A stretch of 64,000 nucleotides of DNA from Octopus bimaculoides (taxonomy: Eukaryota), in contig NC_068987.1 of NCBI RefSeq assembly GCF_001194135.2, forward strand, positions 64,133,323 to 64,197,322, in the 5' to 3' direction. A program made the translations under genes and the position numbers. The notes under the pieces are model-generated. The model was not told the origin of the DNA. It worked only from the letters and a program-made list of their open reading frames with translations, and did no database searches. This document shows, in pieces, positions 13,245 through 26,586 of the stretch. Within the stretch, counting starts at the first letter, position 1, and every line of letters starts with the position of its first letter.

Positions 13245-13655
13245 TTATTCTTTTATTCTTTTAGTTGTTTGTCATTTGGCTGGAGCCATGGTGGGGCACC
13301 GCCTTAAAGGGCTTTCCGTCGAAGACATCCACCCCAGGACTTATTCTTTTGTAAGTCTAGAACTTAATCTAGCTGTCTGTTTTGCCGAACCGTTAAGTTA
13401 AGGGGACGTAAACACACCAACATCGGTTGTCAAGCTATGGTGCGAGGACAAACACAGACACAAAGATGAACACACACATACATATATATATAGATATATA
13501 TATATGACGTGATTCTTTCTGTTTCCGTCCATCAAATCCACTTACAAGTCTTTAGTCGGCCCGAAGCGATAGAAGACACTCAAGGTGCCAAGCAGTGGAA
13601 CTGAACTCAGGATCATGGGGTTGGTAAGCAAGCTTCTTACCACACAGCCACGCCT
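13245..13655 (-). mobile_element. SINE family B
   Basis: Match to the full copy at 59243-59646. Confidence 0.88.
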
Positions 13656-14023
13656 ATACGCAAGCATGTCTGTATGAATGATGTATGGATGCATGGTATG
13701 GATGTACGTATGCATGCAAACATGCATATATCAAGGTATACACGTATATATAAAAGTGTGCATGAATGTCTGTGTGTATGCATGTGCATGTGCACGTGTA
13801 TGTATATGTATAACTATGTATTATATGTGTATTTATGAATGTATGTATAGCCATGTATGCATATAGGCATATATGCATATAAGTATATAGCAATGTACTC
13901 ATGTATGCACGTGTAAATGTATGTTTGTGTGTAGGTATGCGTATGTATGTAGATATTCATGCCTGTAGGCATTTTATGTATGTGTAAACGCATGAATGTA
14001 TTCATGCACGTTTACGTTTGTAC

Positions 14024-14073
<50 letters not shown>

Positions 14074-14310
14074 TAACAGAATGAGATAAAAATCCAACGC
14101 TGTGAAAGATGATTTCAGAACATTCATAAAGAGGCCATACAGCTGATTGGCATTTATTTCATTGGTTCAGAAATCATGAAATGCAAAGTTGACATCAAAG
14201 TTGAACTCAGAATGTAAAGGTTCGTAGTATAGTCGGCAAGAACTTGTATTTTTATGTTTGATTATCTAACTCTATTGACAATCTCCTGACCCGCTACAAT
14301 CCGTGATAAT

Positions 14311-14745
14311 GGTTTTCAAATTTTAGCACAAAACCATTAATTTTGAGGCAGGTGGGGTTACTCTATTACATTGACCCCAAGGCTTAACTGGTACTTACTC
14401 TATCAACCCAGAAAGTATGAAGTCGACCTCGGAGCAATTTAACTCATAACGTAAGCGTAAAGACGGGAGAAAACCGCTAAGTATTTTTACGTGGCGTGCT
14501 AATGATTTTACCGGCTCGCCACCTTAACAAACCGTAATAATCCTTTCTACTATAGGCACAAGGACTGAAACTAAGGACTGAAAAGAGAGAGTCGGTTATA
14601 TCGACCCTGGACTCCACTGGTACTTATTTCATCGCCCCCAAAATGGAGATAGTCAAAGTCGACCTCGGCGGAATTTGAACTCAGAAAGTAACCGCTAAGC
14701 GTTTCGCCTGGGGTGCTAACGATTTTGCAAGCTCATTGCCTTAAA
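14311..14745 (-). mobile_element. Two tandem family-A SINEs separated and flanked by the same 12-bp target repeat
   Basis: A(T/A)CCGT(G/A)ATAAT at 14299-14310, 14530-14541 and 14748-14759. Confidence 0.88.
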
Positions 14746-14812
14746 CGATCCGTAATAATAATAACAAATAACAACACCAATAACTAGAACAATTATTATT
14801 ATTATTATTATT

Positions 14813-16120
14813 GAGTGAGAGAGCAATGCATGTCATCAAAGTGACACTGGGGTAAAATATACGAAGCCCAGTATACCCATCATGACAACCCATCTGATAA
14901 GGGTACACCATGGCATATGCATGACAACCATATGTGTGCTAAACGGTGATCTCATATCAAGATAAACAGCGCATGACCTTGCAGGTGGGGCCCAGTTAGA
15001 ATTTTCTACAGGTCGAGTAGCCCATCCCGCTCAAAAGGACCTTGAAATAGGATTGTTTGAGGATGTTGAACGAAACACCCACGTTTCCAAAGTGAATTAT
15101 CCAAACCTCAAAGAATTCCTCTCAACACGTGGCTATGAGCAGAGAAGCTCATTGTATGCATTCCCAGTTTACACACGTAAATTCACAGGTAAAATATGTA
15201 TGTAAAAATTTAATAAATAAATTCATGAATGGATGTTGTTTTCAGAGCGATAATGCTCTTCTCAGTACATTAGTCGTTCCAGTTAATACGGTTTTTTGCA
15301 CTTCCTGTAGGGATGGTAGGCCTGGTATCATTTTCAAATAGGTTTCAGTACCTTTTTTTATCATTCCTAGAGATCCTACAATCACTGGTACGGTAGTCGC
15401 CTTGAGATGCCACATTTTTTCAATTTCTATTAGCACTTCTTTATATTTACTGATCTTGTCAAATTCTTTCGCCGCTATATTGTGATCGCAAANNNNNNNN
15501 NNNNNNNNNNNNNNNNNNNNNNNNNNNNNNNNNNNNNNNNNNNNNNNNNNNNNNNNNNNNNNNNNNNNNNNNNNNNNNNNNNNNNNNNNNNNNNNNNNNN
15601 NNNNNNNNNNNNNNNNNNNNNNNNNNNNNNNNNNNNNNNNNNNNNNNNNNNNNNNNNNNNNNNNNNNNNNNNNNNNNNNNNNNNNNNNNNNNNNNNNNNN
15701 NNNNNNNNNNNNNNNNNNNNNNNNNNNNNNNNNNNNNNNNNNNNNNNNNNNNNNNNNNNNNNNNNNNNNNNNNNNNNNNNNNNNNNNNNNNNNNNNNNNN
15801 NNNNNNNNNNNNNNNNNNNNNNNNNNNNNNNNNNNNNNNNNNNNNNNNNNNNNNNNNNNNNNNNNNNNNNNNNNNNNNNNNNNNNNNNNNNNNNNNNNNN
15901 NNNNNNNNNNNNNNNNNNNNNNNNNNNNNNNNNNNNNNNNNNNNNNNNNNNNNNNNNNNNNNNNNNNNNNNNNNNNNNNNNNNNNNNNNNNNNNNNNNNN
16001 NNNNNNNNNNNNNNNNNNNNNNNNNNNNNNNNNNNNNNNNNNNNNNNNNNNNNNNNNNNNNNNNNNNNNNNNNNNNNNNNNNNNNNNNNNNNNNNNNNNN
16101 NNNNNNNNNNNNNNNNNNNN
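14813..16120 (-). mobile_element. 5'-truncated R4/Dong-like non-LTR retrotransposon (restriction-like endonuclease C-terminus plus 3' UTR), partly in an N gap
   Basis: CDHNIAAKEFDKISKYKEVLIEIEKMWHLKATTVPVIVGSLGMI..LQEVQKTVLTGTTNVLRRALSL* (15242-15490) fits the R4-clade REL C-terminus. (TAA)n lies on both sides. Confidence 0.8.
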
Positions 16121-16144
16121 ATTATTATTATTATTATTATTATT

Positions 16145-17832
16145 GCCGTCAGCCGAGGAAGCTACGCTTGATCTCGGCTCCGTGTTTTGTTTTCGAAAAT
16201 CGTCAGTTTTCTTCGGATAATAGCGGTGCTTTCCTGTCATTTTCAACCAAGGTGGAGAATACGGGATCGTTCTTCTGCTGGTGAGTCTCTTTCTTTCTTT
16301 TTTTTTTTTTTGTTAAAAGTCACCTATTTCTTGGGGGGCTTATCAGATTTATTCCATTTTTTATTCCATGTGTAAAAATTCAGAACTATGCTGAATGGCA
16401 GCAACAAATAGTTTCGAGGGAATTTCAGTAATTGATGAGAGACGGGGAGAGACAGAGGAGTGACTTGCCACAAAAATGAGAGAGGGTAACACTTCTTCAC
16501 CTGTTGACGTGACTACCAGGCAAACAAGCAAGCAAAACAAGACAACCATTCCAATCACAAACAACAACACCAGCAACTCTGACATCACCACCGCCATCAT
16601 CCCTAAGAACATCAACAACAACAACAACAACAGCAGCAACAGTAGCTGAAACAACAACAGCAACAACAACAGTAGCAGTAACAACAGCAACAGCAGCAGC
16701 AGCAGTAGCAACAACAACAACAGTAAAGCTTTGACGGTAGAGAAAAATAAGCAGTACAGCTAAATTATTTTTCCCCGTTACCAAGTAGCTTGGCTACTTC
16801 GGTCAACGATATGAACATCACCACAAACAATAATGTCGCTTTGACTCCGACTAACAACAACAACAACGACAGGAACAACATCAGCAGCAAAAACGATATA
16901 ATTAACGCAAACAATAACAGTAACGTTAAAAACAACTCCTTTGCTAGAGTAACAAAATTGCTGGAGCAAATCTCACTGGAAGGAAAACATACGTACTTGA
17001 GTGAAGCAGAAAAACTCCCCAATAGTGGGGATAGGAAAACCAAGCTTGCTATCCCTTCAGATTTGATGGAGAAGACGGCCAGAAGGATCATAAAGACGAG
17101 GAAAAATTTCATTGCACCGCACATCCAAGTAGAAAAGTGCTAGAAGAGTATTTGGACTATATTGTTATTTAATGTGTCCTTCACTCGAGGAAGACAATAT
17201 GGTTCTGTAGAAGTCAGATTTCCCAGTGAGGCGCTGGGGATCTAGTTTGTTTCAGTCACAAAATCAGCCCCCTTTAATTTTGCTCAGATTGTTTTCAAAT
17301 TTGGCGCATCGATGCAGTTCAGAATGGTGAATACATTCAACTAATTACTTTCTCTCATAAATTAAAGAATCTGATGTTATTTGGAATTAAATTTGGAAAA
17401 TTTGGGTAATTTTAGCCAATCAACAGACAGCGAGGCATTAACAGCTAGTTATCATAACAACCGCACGTTGTATTGATGACAGGGTGGCCAGTCTAACCCA
17501 CAAATGGGTGAATGGAAGCTGTCCCTGAAAGGTCTGGCAGAGGTCACGAATGCTTACATCACCTCCGTTATCATTTATCGCCTGACCGTCGTGGCTTGAC
17601 CAGGTTGGAGCGTCTCTTACGTAAATTAGGGCCACATCTCTATCATACCCCCTCCCCATTTTTTAAAACCTTTGTATGTTATGCATATGTCCCTTCTTTT
17701 TCAGTGTGTATCGTGTATACTTTCTTTCATTTAAAAAAAATTTTAATCATCTCATTATATGTAAACCCCCAAGATTTATGTCCGTCTTTTATTTCACCCT
17801 ACTCATCATTTGCCCTTGTGACAAATAAATGA
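16145..17832 (+). mobile_element. Internally deleted Tx1/L1-like retrotransposon (5' UTR, N/S-rich ORF1 start, ORF2 fragment, 3' UTR)
   Basis: Broken ORF1-like frame (..KLAIPSDLMEK..SFTRGRQYGSVEVRFPSE). ORF2 fragment WKLSLKGLAEVTNAYITSVIIYRLTVV..RLERLL fits the L1/Tx1 post-RT region. AATAAA at 17824 is followed by (ATT)n, and (ATT)n also lies at the 5' flank. Confidence 0.65.
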
Positions 17833-17833
17833 A

Positions 17834-17898
<65 letters not shown>

Positions 17899-17904
17899 CT
17901 TCAT

Positions 17905-18043
17905 TAAGGTGGTGAGCGAGTTCAAATTCCACCGAAATTGACTTTGCCTTCCATTCTTTCGGGGTCGTACCAGTTGATCACTGAGGTCGATCGGCTTATC
18001 TCATCCCCCGAAATTGCTAGACTTGTTCCAAAATTTGAAACCA
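17905..18043 (+). mobile_element. Internally deleted family-A SINE
   Basis: Head AAGGTGGTGAGC joined directly to GAGTTCAAATTCC, with the normal tail. Confidence 0.8.
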
Positions 18044-18290
18044 TTATCATCATCATCATCATCATCATCATCATCTCTAATTGCCAAGGCAAAACACAGA
18101 TATTTAGGAGTGATATATGATAAATTTAATCAAGAGTAATTCACTGACAATTTAGTTTTTGAGCTGCGAAACGATAGTAAAAAAAAGCAATCTGAACGGA
18201 GTTTTGAAATGAGAATATAAAGAAATGAAACAACAAACATAACATAAGAATTGTACCATTACCTACTATGCCAATCTAATTTCTATCGTT

Positions 18291-18665
18291 GTTGTTGGCA
18301 CTCCGTCGCTTACGACGTCGAGGGTTCCAGTTGATCCGATCAACGGAACAGCCAGCTCGTGAAATTAACGTGCAAGTAGCTGAGCACTCCATAGACACGT
18401 GTACCCTTAACGTAGTTCTCGGGGATATTCAGCGTGACACAGCGTGACACAAGGCTGACCCTTTGGATTACAAGCACAACAGGAACAGGAAGTAAGAGTG
18501 AGAGGAAGTTGTGGTTAAAGAGTACAGCAGGGTTCGCCACCATCCCCTGCCGGAGCCTCGTGGCTTTCACTCAATAAACACTGACAACGCCCGGTCTGGG
18601 AATCGAAACCGCGATCCTATCACCGCGAGTCCACTGCCCTAACCACTGGGCCATTGCGCCTCCAC
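18291..18665 (-). mobile_element. SINE family C, near full length
   Basis: Reverse complement GTGGAGGCGCAATGGCCCAGTGGTTAGGGCAG..GGTTTCGATTCCC (A and B boxes). Matches 51261-51587. Confidence 0.9.
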
Positions 18666-19255
18666 TAATTTCTATCAAGCACAACGCATTCGTTTTAAGG
18701 AAAAGTGCAGGTGATTAATTTCATTATTTAACTGGATATCATTTCATTGACCTCCTGGAGTAAAGGAAGATAAAGTTAATAAATGCGGGATTTGAATTTT
18801 GTTGATGAAGAAATGTACAGCAATATCATATCAAAAAATTATTTTCCCGTATTAGTAAGTTCTAACATTAGTATACACCGATAAACCAATATTTACAATA
18901 TTTACATATTATTAAGAGCTTTATTTGCTTCGCGATTCTAAACATGAGTGCGCATATGGGTGTGCATGTATCTGTGTGTGTATGTGTATGTATGTGTGTG
19001 TGTGTGAATAGGGAACAGCATGTCTTTCAAATATGTTGAAATCACAATTATCTAATGATTGATTTTTCACGAACATAGTTCTGCGTTTAACAACACACAC
19101 GTAAATCCACGCGTCCATATACACTATACATACTATATATATGTATGTACGCGTGTTATGGTGAGCTGCATTATACACATATTTATATACCCCCACACAG
19201 ATACATACACGGACACCCCTTATTTATACACACGTCCACACATACCAGTATGTAT

Positions 19256-19297
<42 letters not shown>

Positions 19298-20253
19298 TAT
19301 ATTTATANNNNNNNNNNNNNNNNNNNNNNNNNNNNNNNNNNNNNNNNNNNNNNNNNNNNNNNNNNNNNNNNNNNNNNNNNNNNNNNNNNNNNNNNNNNNN
19401 NNNNNNNNNNNNNNNNNNNNNNNNNNNNNNNNNNNNNNNNNNNNNNNNNNNNNNNNNNNNNNNNNNNNNNNNNNNNNNNNNNNNNNNNNNNNNNNNNNNN
19501 NNNNNNNNNNNNNNNNNNNNNNNNNNNNNNNNNNNNNNNNNNNNNNNNNNNNNNNNNNNNNNNNNNNNNNNNNNNNNNNNNNNNNNNNNNNNNNNNNNNN
19601 NNNNNNNNNNNNNNNNNNNNNNNNNNNNNNNNNNNNNNNNNNNNNNNNNNNNNNNNNNNNNNNNNNNNNNNNNNNNNNNNNNNNNNNNNNNNNNNNNNNN
19701 NNNNNNNNNNNNNNNNNNNNNNNNNNNNNNNNNNNNNNNNNNNNNNNNNNNNNNNNNNNNNNNNNNNNNNNNNNNNNNNNNNNNNNNNNNNNNNNNNNNN
19801 NNNNNNNNNNNNNNNNNNNNNNNNNNNNNNNNNNNNNNNNNNNNNNNNNNNNNNNNNNNNNNNNNNNNNNNNNNNNNNNNNNNNNNNNNNNNNNNNNNNN
19901 NNNNNNNNNNNNNNNNNNNNNNNNNNNNNNNNNNNNNNNNNNNNNNNNNNNNNNNNNNNNNNNNNNNNNNNNNNNNNNNNNNNNNNNNNNNNNNNNNNNN
20001 NNNNNNNTATTATAAAATATTATAAAATATAGGATACTCCATCTCCTCAGGGTCCCATTATTATTGCTATCATTATTATCATTATTATTAGCAATACACA
20101 TCCAATAAAAACAGAAACGATTCAAATCTAATTTTCATAGTTGACCCATGAAAATATACAAAACAGGATGAAAAAGTAATAGATGGCACACAACTTTCCA
20201 TCCCAAATGTGCAATGAACGAGCAAACGGTAAATTTACTCAAATCTAAACCTA

Positions 20254-20298
<45 letters not shown>

Positions 20299-20496
20299 AC
20301 ACCAGTTAACGATTGCTACATATTTTCTCCACCCTGAATTGCTTTCATCGTTGTTGTTGTTTTGTTCTTTAGTCTCAGATCAGTCCTGAACGCGTAAAAG
20401 GCGATGATTATATCTATGGCATTGTGAATAAATAACACAGAAGAGATATATCTATTGGAAAGCTTTAAGAACTAAGTTCAAATATCTAGGTATTCT

Positions 20497-21060
20497 TCTC
20501 TACTCTAGCCTCAAGGCCCGAAATTTTGGTGGGAGAGAACCAGTCGAGTACGTCGACGCCAGTACGAAACTGGTACTTAATTTGTCGACCCCCGAAAGGA
20601 TGAAAAGCAAATTCGACGTCCGCGGAATTTGAACACAGAACGTAAAAACAAACGAAATATCACTAAACATTTCACCCGGCGTGCTAACATTTCTGCCAGC
20701 TCGCCGCCTTCAACTCTCTAGATATTGACACATAAAATGATGGAAGCTTTGATACATCACACTACACATATGACCACATGCATGATAAATATTAATATAG
20801 TGAAGATTTTGAGAACCTAGGTCCTTCCATACATTACAGTCACCACAAATCTAAAACCTGTTAATTCTAGAAATAATCTTTTCTCCTAGATGCACAAGGC
20901 CTAAACTATTTGGGGAAAGGTACTTGTCGACTACATCGACTCCAGGACTCGGCTGGTATTTATTTTTATCGACCCCGAAAGGATAAATAGCAAAGTCGAC
21001 CTCGGCGTAATTTGAACTTGCTAATGAGTAGGAAGAAATGTTGTGAAGCATCTTTTCCGT
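20497..21060 (-). mobile_element. Two family-A SINE copies (20497-20711, 20893-21060)
   Basis: Direct match to the family-A unit. Confidence 0.85.
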
Positions 21061-21265
21061 CGAGCCTACAATTTCATTTAGACAAGTAAACGCCAGCTTT
21101 ATAAAATGTCAAATGAGAAACTTAATGGATATTAACAAAAACATTATCCCTTGTTCCCCAATATGGTAAATCCAAAAGGAATTTCATAAAGTAAAAGAAT
21201 GTTTTGAATATTTCAAATAAGATCAGTTTCAAGATGTCAACTATTACAGTAATGTACTAGAAAAG

Positions 21266-21485
21266 GAAGGCGGCGAGCTAGCGTAAGGGTTAGCACGCCG
21301 GGCAAAATACTTAGCAGCATTTCGTCCTTCTTCACGTACTGAGTTCAAATGCCACCGAGGTCGAGTTTATCATTGATGTTTTCGGGGCCGATTAAAAAAA
21401 TTAGTAGTTGTGAGTTGGAGGTCGATGTAATCGACTTATACCTTTCCTTGAAATTGCTGGCCTTGCGTCAAAATCTGAAACTAAC
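21266..21485 (+). mobile_element. Family-A SINE
   Basis: AAGGCGGCGAGCTAGC..GAGTTCAAATGCC..AAAATCTGAAAC. Confidence 0.88.
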
Positions 21486-21689
21486 GTACTTGAAAGAATT
21501 AGATTTTACGACATGCCAAACGATCCAAACCGGAAGCATTTCCCTAATCGTTTGACTCGCAAGAAATAGCTCCAAATATCCCTCAAATACTACATTCTTA
21601 AGATTTGGAAATAAAAAAAAAGGAAAAAACATGGGATAAGATAGACTTCGTTACTCTATTTCTGAGGGAAATAAAAGGCGGAAATACTC

Positions 21690-21887
21690 TCTCTCTCTTT
21701 TACTCTTTTACTTGTTTCAGTCATTTGCCTGCGGCCATGCTGGAGCACCACCTTTAATCGAGCAAATGGTCCCCAGGACTTATTCTTTGTAAGCCTAGTA
21801 CTTATTCTATCGGTATCATTTACGGGGATGTAAACACACCAGCATCGATTGTCAAGCAATGTTGGGGGGACAAACACAGACACACAA

Positions 21888-21922
<35 letters not shown>

Positions 21923-22027
21923 CATATACATATATACGACGGGCTTCTTTCAGTTTCTGTCAACCAAATCCACCTACAAGGCTTTGGTCGGCCCGAGGCT
22001 ATAGTAGACACTTGCCCAAAGTGCCAC
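21690..22027 (-). mobile_element. SINE family B, 5'-truncated with internal deletion
   Basis: Match to 59243-59646. Confidence 0.88.
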
Positions 22028-22268
22028 TTTTAAATCATTTGTTAACTTTTGCGCACGCGCTTTTCTGTGTTCGACATACACAATATTTTAATCATTCAGA
22101 AATATTTTTAACTGAATGTGATTTCATCGACCGAAGTTCATTAATTTCCGTAAATTTATTTTATTTATTTACTTTTGTTTTAAAGGGAAAGAGAGGAGAA
22201 AGTGAAAGATGTAAGTGTATATGAAGCGGACGTATGTGTGAAAGAGAGAGAGAGAGAGACAGAGAAAG

Positions 22269-22316
<48 letters not shown>

Positions 22317-22737
22317 GGGTTGTGTTGTCATGTATACACACATACATCAATACATATGCGTACATCTTTTTTTGTATGTACGCGTGCATGTGTGTGTGAG
22401 AGAGAAAGTGAATGAGTGAACGTGTGTATTCTCATGTATGTGTAAGTGGCACTCTCTCTCTCTCTCTATCTCACACACACACACGCACATACACATGCAC
22501 ACACACACACACGTCCATTTCATATACACCTTCATACATCTTTCATTTTCTCCTCTCTTTCACTTTAAAACAAAAGTAACAGGTGATTTTTCAGGATAAA
22601 AATTATTCAAAAAAGCTTCTACTCATGTAAATTGATTGCTATTGTTTGGATAGTTGCAACTAAATAAGTCCAGAAGTTAGGTTAAATATATATACATGCA
22701 TAAGTACCATGAATTCCTGTTCTACAAACTGGCAAAG

Positions 22738-22772
22738 AATTCCGTGAATACTTTACCAGGCAACGCTGGGTA
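22738..22772 (+). CDS. Candidate 35-nt exon, (E)FREYFTRQRWV
   Basis: ggcaaag acceptor with a modest pyrimidine tract and a consensus gtaagt donor. Phase-compatible with 27345-27375. Confidence 0.3.
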
Positions 22773-23014
22773 GTAAGTCTGTTCTGATATAAAGAGCTTT
22801 TGTGCACGCGCGTTTGTGTGTTTGTGCGTGTGTGAATCTTTACAGTATATTTACAATTTAATGACGTCATGGGTGAGATGGAATTTAAGACCACGTGGAG
22901 GAAGGTGTATATTCTATGATTTCATAAACAAAAGATATTTACAACATCCGATCGGGAGTTATATAGTCTGACGTCATAGATAAAAACGAAATTCAAAACA
23001 TGAAAAGCAAAGCC

Positions 23015-23047
<33 letters not shown>

Positions 23048-23341
23048 GCATGTGTGTGTGTGTATGTGCAGGTGTCTGTGGGGGTGCGGGGGATACAAGA
23101 CATGACAGTTGATGGACAGGATAGAAATTCCATGAACTGCTTTCGATTGGCTTCTGCTAATATGACGTATTGAATGTCACTGGTATGAAGATGTTTGTAT
23201 CTGTGTCTGTATATAGATATATGGTTATTGTTGTATTAATATGGCATTGTGTGTTTGGGAGGTCTAACTGTGTACATAAGGTGTTTCAAAGCTATAGCTA
23301 ATATGCGCGAGAGAGAATGTGTACGTGTGTCTCAATGTTCA

Positions 23342-23383
<42 letters not shown>

Positions 23384-23671
23384 AGCACTCACAAACGTAT
23401 ACATATATATACATATATATACCGGATGAACCAACGCCCGGCTTGAGGTACAGATGAGGGTAACAGTGTCAAACTCCCTCATACATCAAATGGGCCAACA
23501 ACCAAAGGAAAACAACACATACAGGAGTGGTGATATGAAACCCCACCACCCTGAAAAAATCAACCAAAGAAGAAGAATATTTAAAAGTGCAAAATCACCG
23601 TAATTCTTTGCCATGACCGCAACTTCATGGTTATATACATACATACATACATACATACATACATACATACA

Positions 23672-23704
<33 letters not shown>

Positions 23705-23769
23705 TTACGTATAATATATATAATGTTATAATAAAAACCACAAGCCTTGTTAAATACAGCTACCAAGGT

Positions 23770-24470
23770 TTTCTATGTCGAAACATTAAATTTCTCATTT
23801 TTCAATTGAGAACAAGACTGTTTGTCAGTTGCCTTTTGAGTAGATGATGCTTAAACAAGAGATGCTGATAAGGAAGGAGACAAGAAGAAAACACAAGGGA
23901 GATAATCAACGTTAAATACATCAGTCATCCAGACGTAAACAAGATGTTAATAATTTATCATGTCTGGTGGCCTACTTTTAAATTCTGCCAAGGTGCATTT
24001 CTAAAAATGTGGATATACAGAAGAAATTTCGTTCCTGGAAACTGTGTAGTCATTGGAGGCTCTGAAGTTCTTTAAGATATTGTTTTTCAAGAGAACATAC
24101 TGAATATGTTTGGTCCCCGTTAATATATAGGGTCTGGTTTTGGAGAGAATTTTCTATTCGGTGTTGAAATTGGTCCTTTCGTCTTTAAGTTTCCAAACTA
24201 TAGCCGAAAGTGTCTTTAAGAGACATTCAACAACCCATGAACTATTTTACTTTAACACTATTGGCTTCGAAGATATCTAGCAGACTGAGCGATTGTGTAA
24301 AGGCATAAAGGATGAAGTGATGTGTAAAACCTTTTCGAATCCAAACAAATTTATATGTTGCGAAGTCATACTGTGGGTAAAATAAGAATGTTTTAATACT
24401 CAACCAACTGCACCATAATAAATTGACCTTCGGTGATTGAACTGCAGGGACATTCATATGCCGAAATATA
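23770..24470 (-). mobile_element. Penelope-like GIY-YIG C-terminal remnant and downstream region
   Basis: TLSAIVWKLKDERTNFNTE*K..RPY..G.K....SRNEISSVYPH resembles the PLE endonuclease C-terminus. Confidence 0.55.
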
Positions 24471-24517
24471 CATATATGTTCGTATTTGTTATGTGTGTCC
24501 ATTGTGTGGGAAGGAAA

Positions 24518-24603
24518 GTGATTGTGTACACGTTTTGTATGGTACAGTGATTGTGTACACGTTTTGTATGGTACAGTGATTGTGTACACGTTTTGTATGG
24601 TAC
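24518..24603. repeat. 29-bp tandem repeat, three copies
   Basis: GTGATTGTGTACACGTTTTGTATGGTACA three times, essentially identical. Confidence 0.95.
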
Positions 24604-25594
24604 GTATGTGCATAATCAGATTGTGAATTCTAAGATATTTTCAATAGCGCTAGCAGCAACTGGAACTGGACTCGTAATAAGATATTTGCCAGGTGGAGAA
24701 TAAATGCAAAAGTAAATGTATGTGTAGCATGTGATTCTGTCTGCACGGGTAGGTTTGTGCTTCTGTTTTAAAATGTTGATGTTGTTGTTTTTGTTGTTGT
24801 TGATGTTGTTCCATAACTCAAGGTCAACTTTCACAGAGTGAAACTATGGCCCGCTGGTTGCCGTTCGAACTTTTAGATGCTGCCCTAGATTTGTTATTTC
24901 AGTTATATCATGTCCACATCTAGTTGAGAACCCTACTGCGTACTCTCTATGTACTACATTTATCGGATGTGAAAATGTATTCTCTCCATTCTCCACTCTC
25001 TATACTCTCTGGCCTATCTACATATATGATGCGAGATTTTTGCTCAATGCTCTCAACGTTAAGGTGTCTATATGATTTTATGTTGCATGAGTTAAATAAA
25101 AAGATATAGAAAACCAAAGAAGCTAAGTTACGAATAATGAAAATTTGTCCTGGAAAATGATAGAGTAAGAAACCTAAGATTTAATTTTAGTTCATTTGTC
25201 ATATTTCCCCAGCAGCAAAAGTGACGTAATAGAAATCAGCCGTTTATAAACGATAGTCAGCATTAAGTTTTGAATCTTTTACTATGTCGACTATGACATT
25301 TCAAATATATATATTTGAATACCAGTGATAATGGATGTTTTGATTTATAATGCTCTTAAAGGAAATAGCGTATATATTTTATGGTACAACCACCACCGCA
25401 AAGGTAATTATTTCAGTTGAAAGAACAAACGTTAGAGAATTGTTTTCTGAATAAATGATGCATGCAATTACGAGTATATTATCATCGGGGAATACGTTTG
25501 CTATATAGGTTGATAGATTCAACATTATAGGAAGAAACGAAACAAAATTACCTTTAAGCTGTTCTTTCAAAAATACTGCGAATATAAAAGTGAT

Positions 25595-26009
25595 AAGGCG
25601 GCGAGCTGGCAGAAACGTTAGCACGCCGGGTGAAATGCTTAGCGGTATTTCGTTTGTCTTTACGTTCTGAGTTCAAATTCCGCCGAGGTCGACTTTGCCT
25701 TTCATCCTTTCGGGATCGATTAAATATGTACCAGTTATGTACTGAGGTCGATATAATCGACTTAATCCGTTTGTCTGTCTTTGTTTGTCTCCTACGTGTG
25801 TAGCCCCTTGTGGGCAGTAAAGAAATAAGAAATGTTAGCACACCGGACGAAATGCTTTCCGTTCTGAGTTCAAATTCTGCCGAGGACGACTTTGCCTTTC
25901 ATCCTTTCGGAGGGCGATGAATTAAGTATCAGTTACGTACTGGGGTCGATCTAATCGACTGACACCCCTCCCCCAAAATTTCGGGCCTTGTGCCTGGAGT
26001 AGAAAAGAA
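25595..26009 (+). mobile_element. Dimeric family-A SINE (long-tail unit plus truncated short-tail unit) with a 13-bp TSD
   Basis: GAATATAAAAGTG at 25580-25592 and 26007-26019. Confidence 0.88.
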
Positions 26010-26586
26010 TATAAAAGTGGTGAGGTGGCCGTAAACGGGAATCCAAATCACATCGTGGATTCGGATACACGAATGTTTACTTCTAGAGTATCGTGTTGTA
26101 TAGAAAGGAATTCTAAACTATATGAGTTCTTTTTTTTTATTTTTAATGAGCCTTTTTTCAACTTGCAAATGAAGCTAAAATTAGACGAATAAATACATAA
26201 TCTGCTTCATAATAGTAAATAATCCTATGGTCGGAGAAAAGCGAACAGCATCATCTCTAGTAATTCAACAACATATCCACATACCGCAGATGGACGAGCC
26301 TCTTAAATCTCTGAGAGATTCTGGCTACTAATATTTCTGTCTAGGGTGTATATTTATCTAATGTTTTTATGAGTTTATATTTATTGATTTATTCATGAGG
26401 GCGCTAGCTTGGCTCACTCTTTAGCGTAGTACCTCCCAAAAATTTTAAACATCACCTTCCTTCTTTTACTAACACTTTTTCAGCGCAAATTTGCTACGAA
26501 TCAACAAAATGAAATACACTGAAAAAAATTACTGCTGACAGATTGATTATCTTCAAAAGATAAAAATAGTATTTTGACCTCTAATA

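Noticed and set aside
16361-17143. Overlapping poly-L/V and N-rich ORFs as a host gene
   Set aside because: The plus frame is broken by stops and lies between a LINE-like leader and an ORF2 fragment, so it is better explained as a decayed Tx1-like ORF1.
25552-25575. Minus-strand 24-nt micro-exon (FLKEQLK) with good splice sites
   Set aside because: It is isolated with no partner exons, and such hits are expected by chance in 64 kb.
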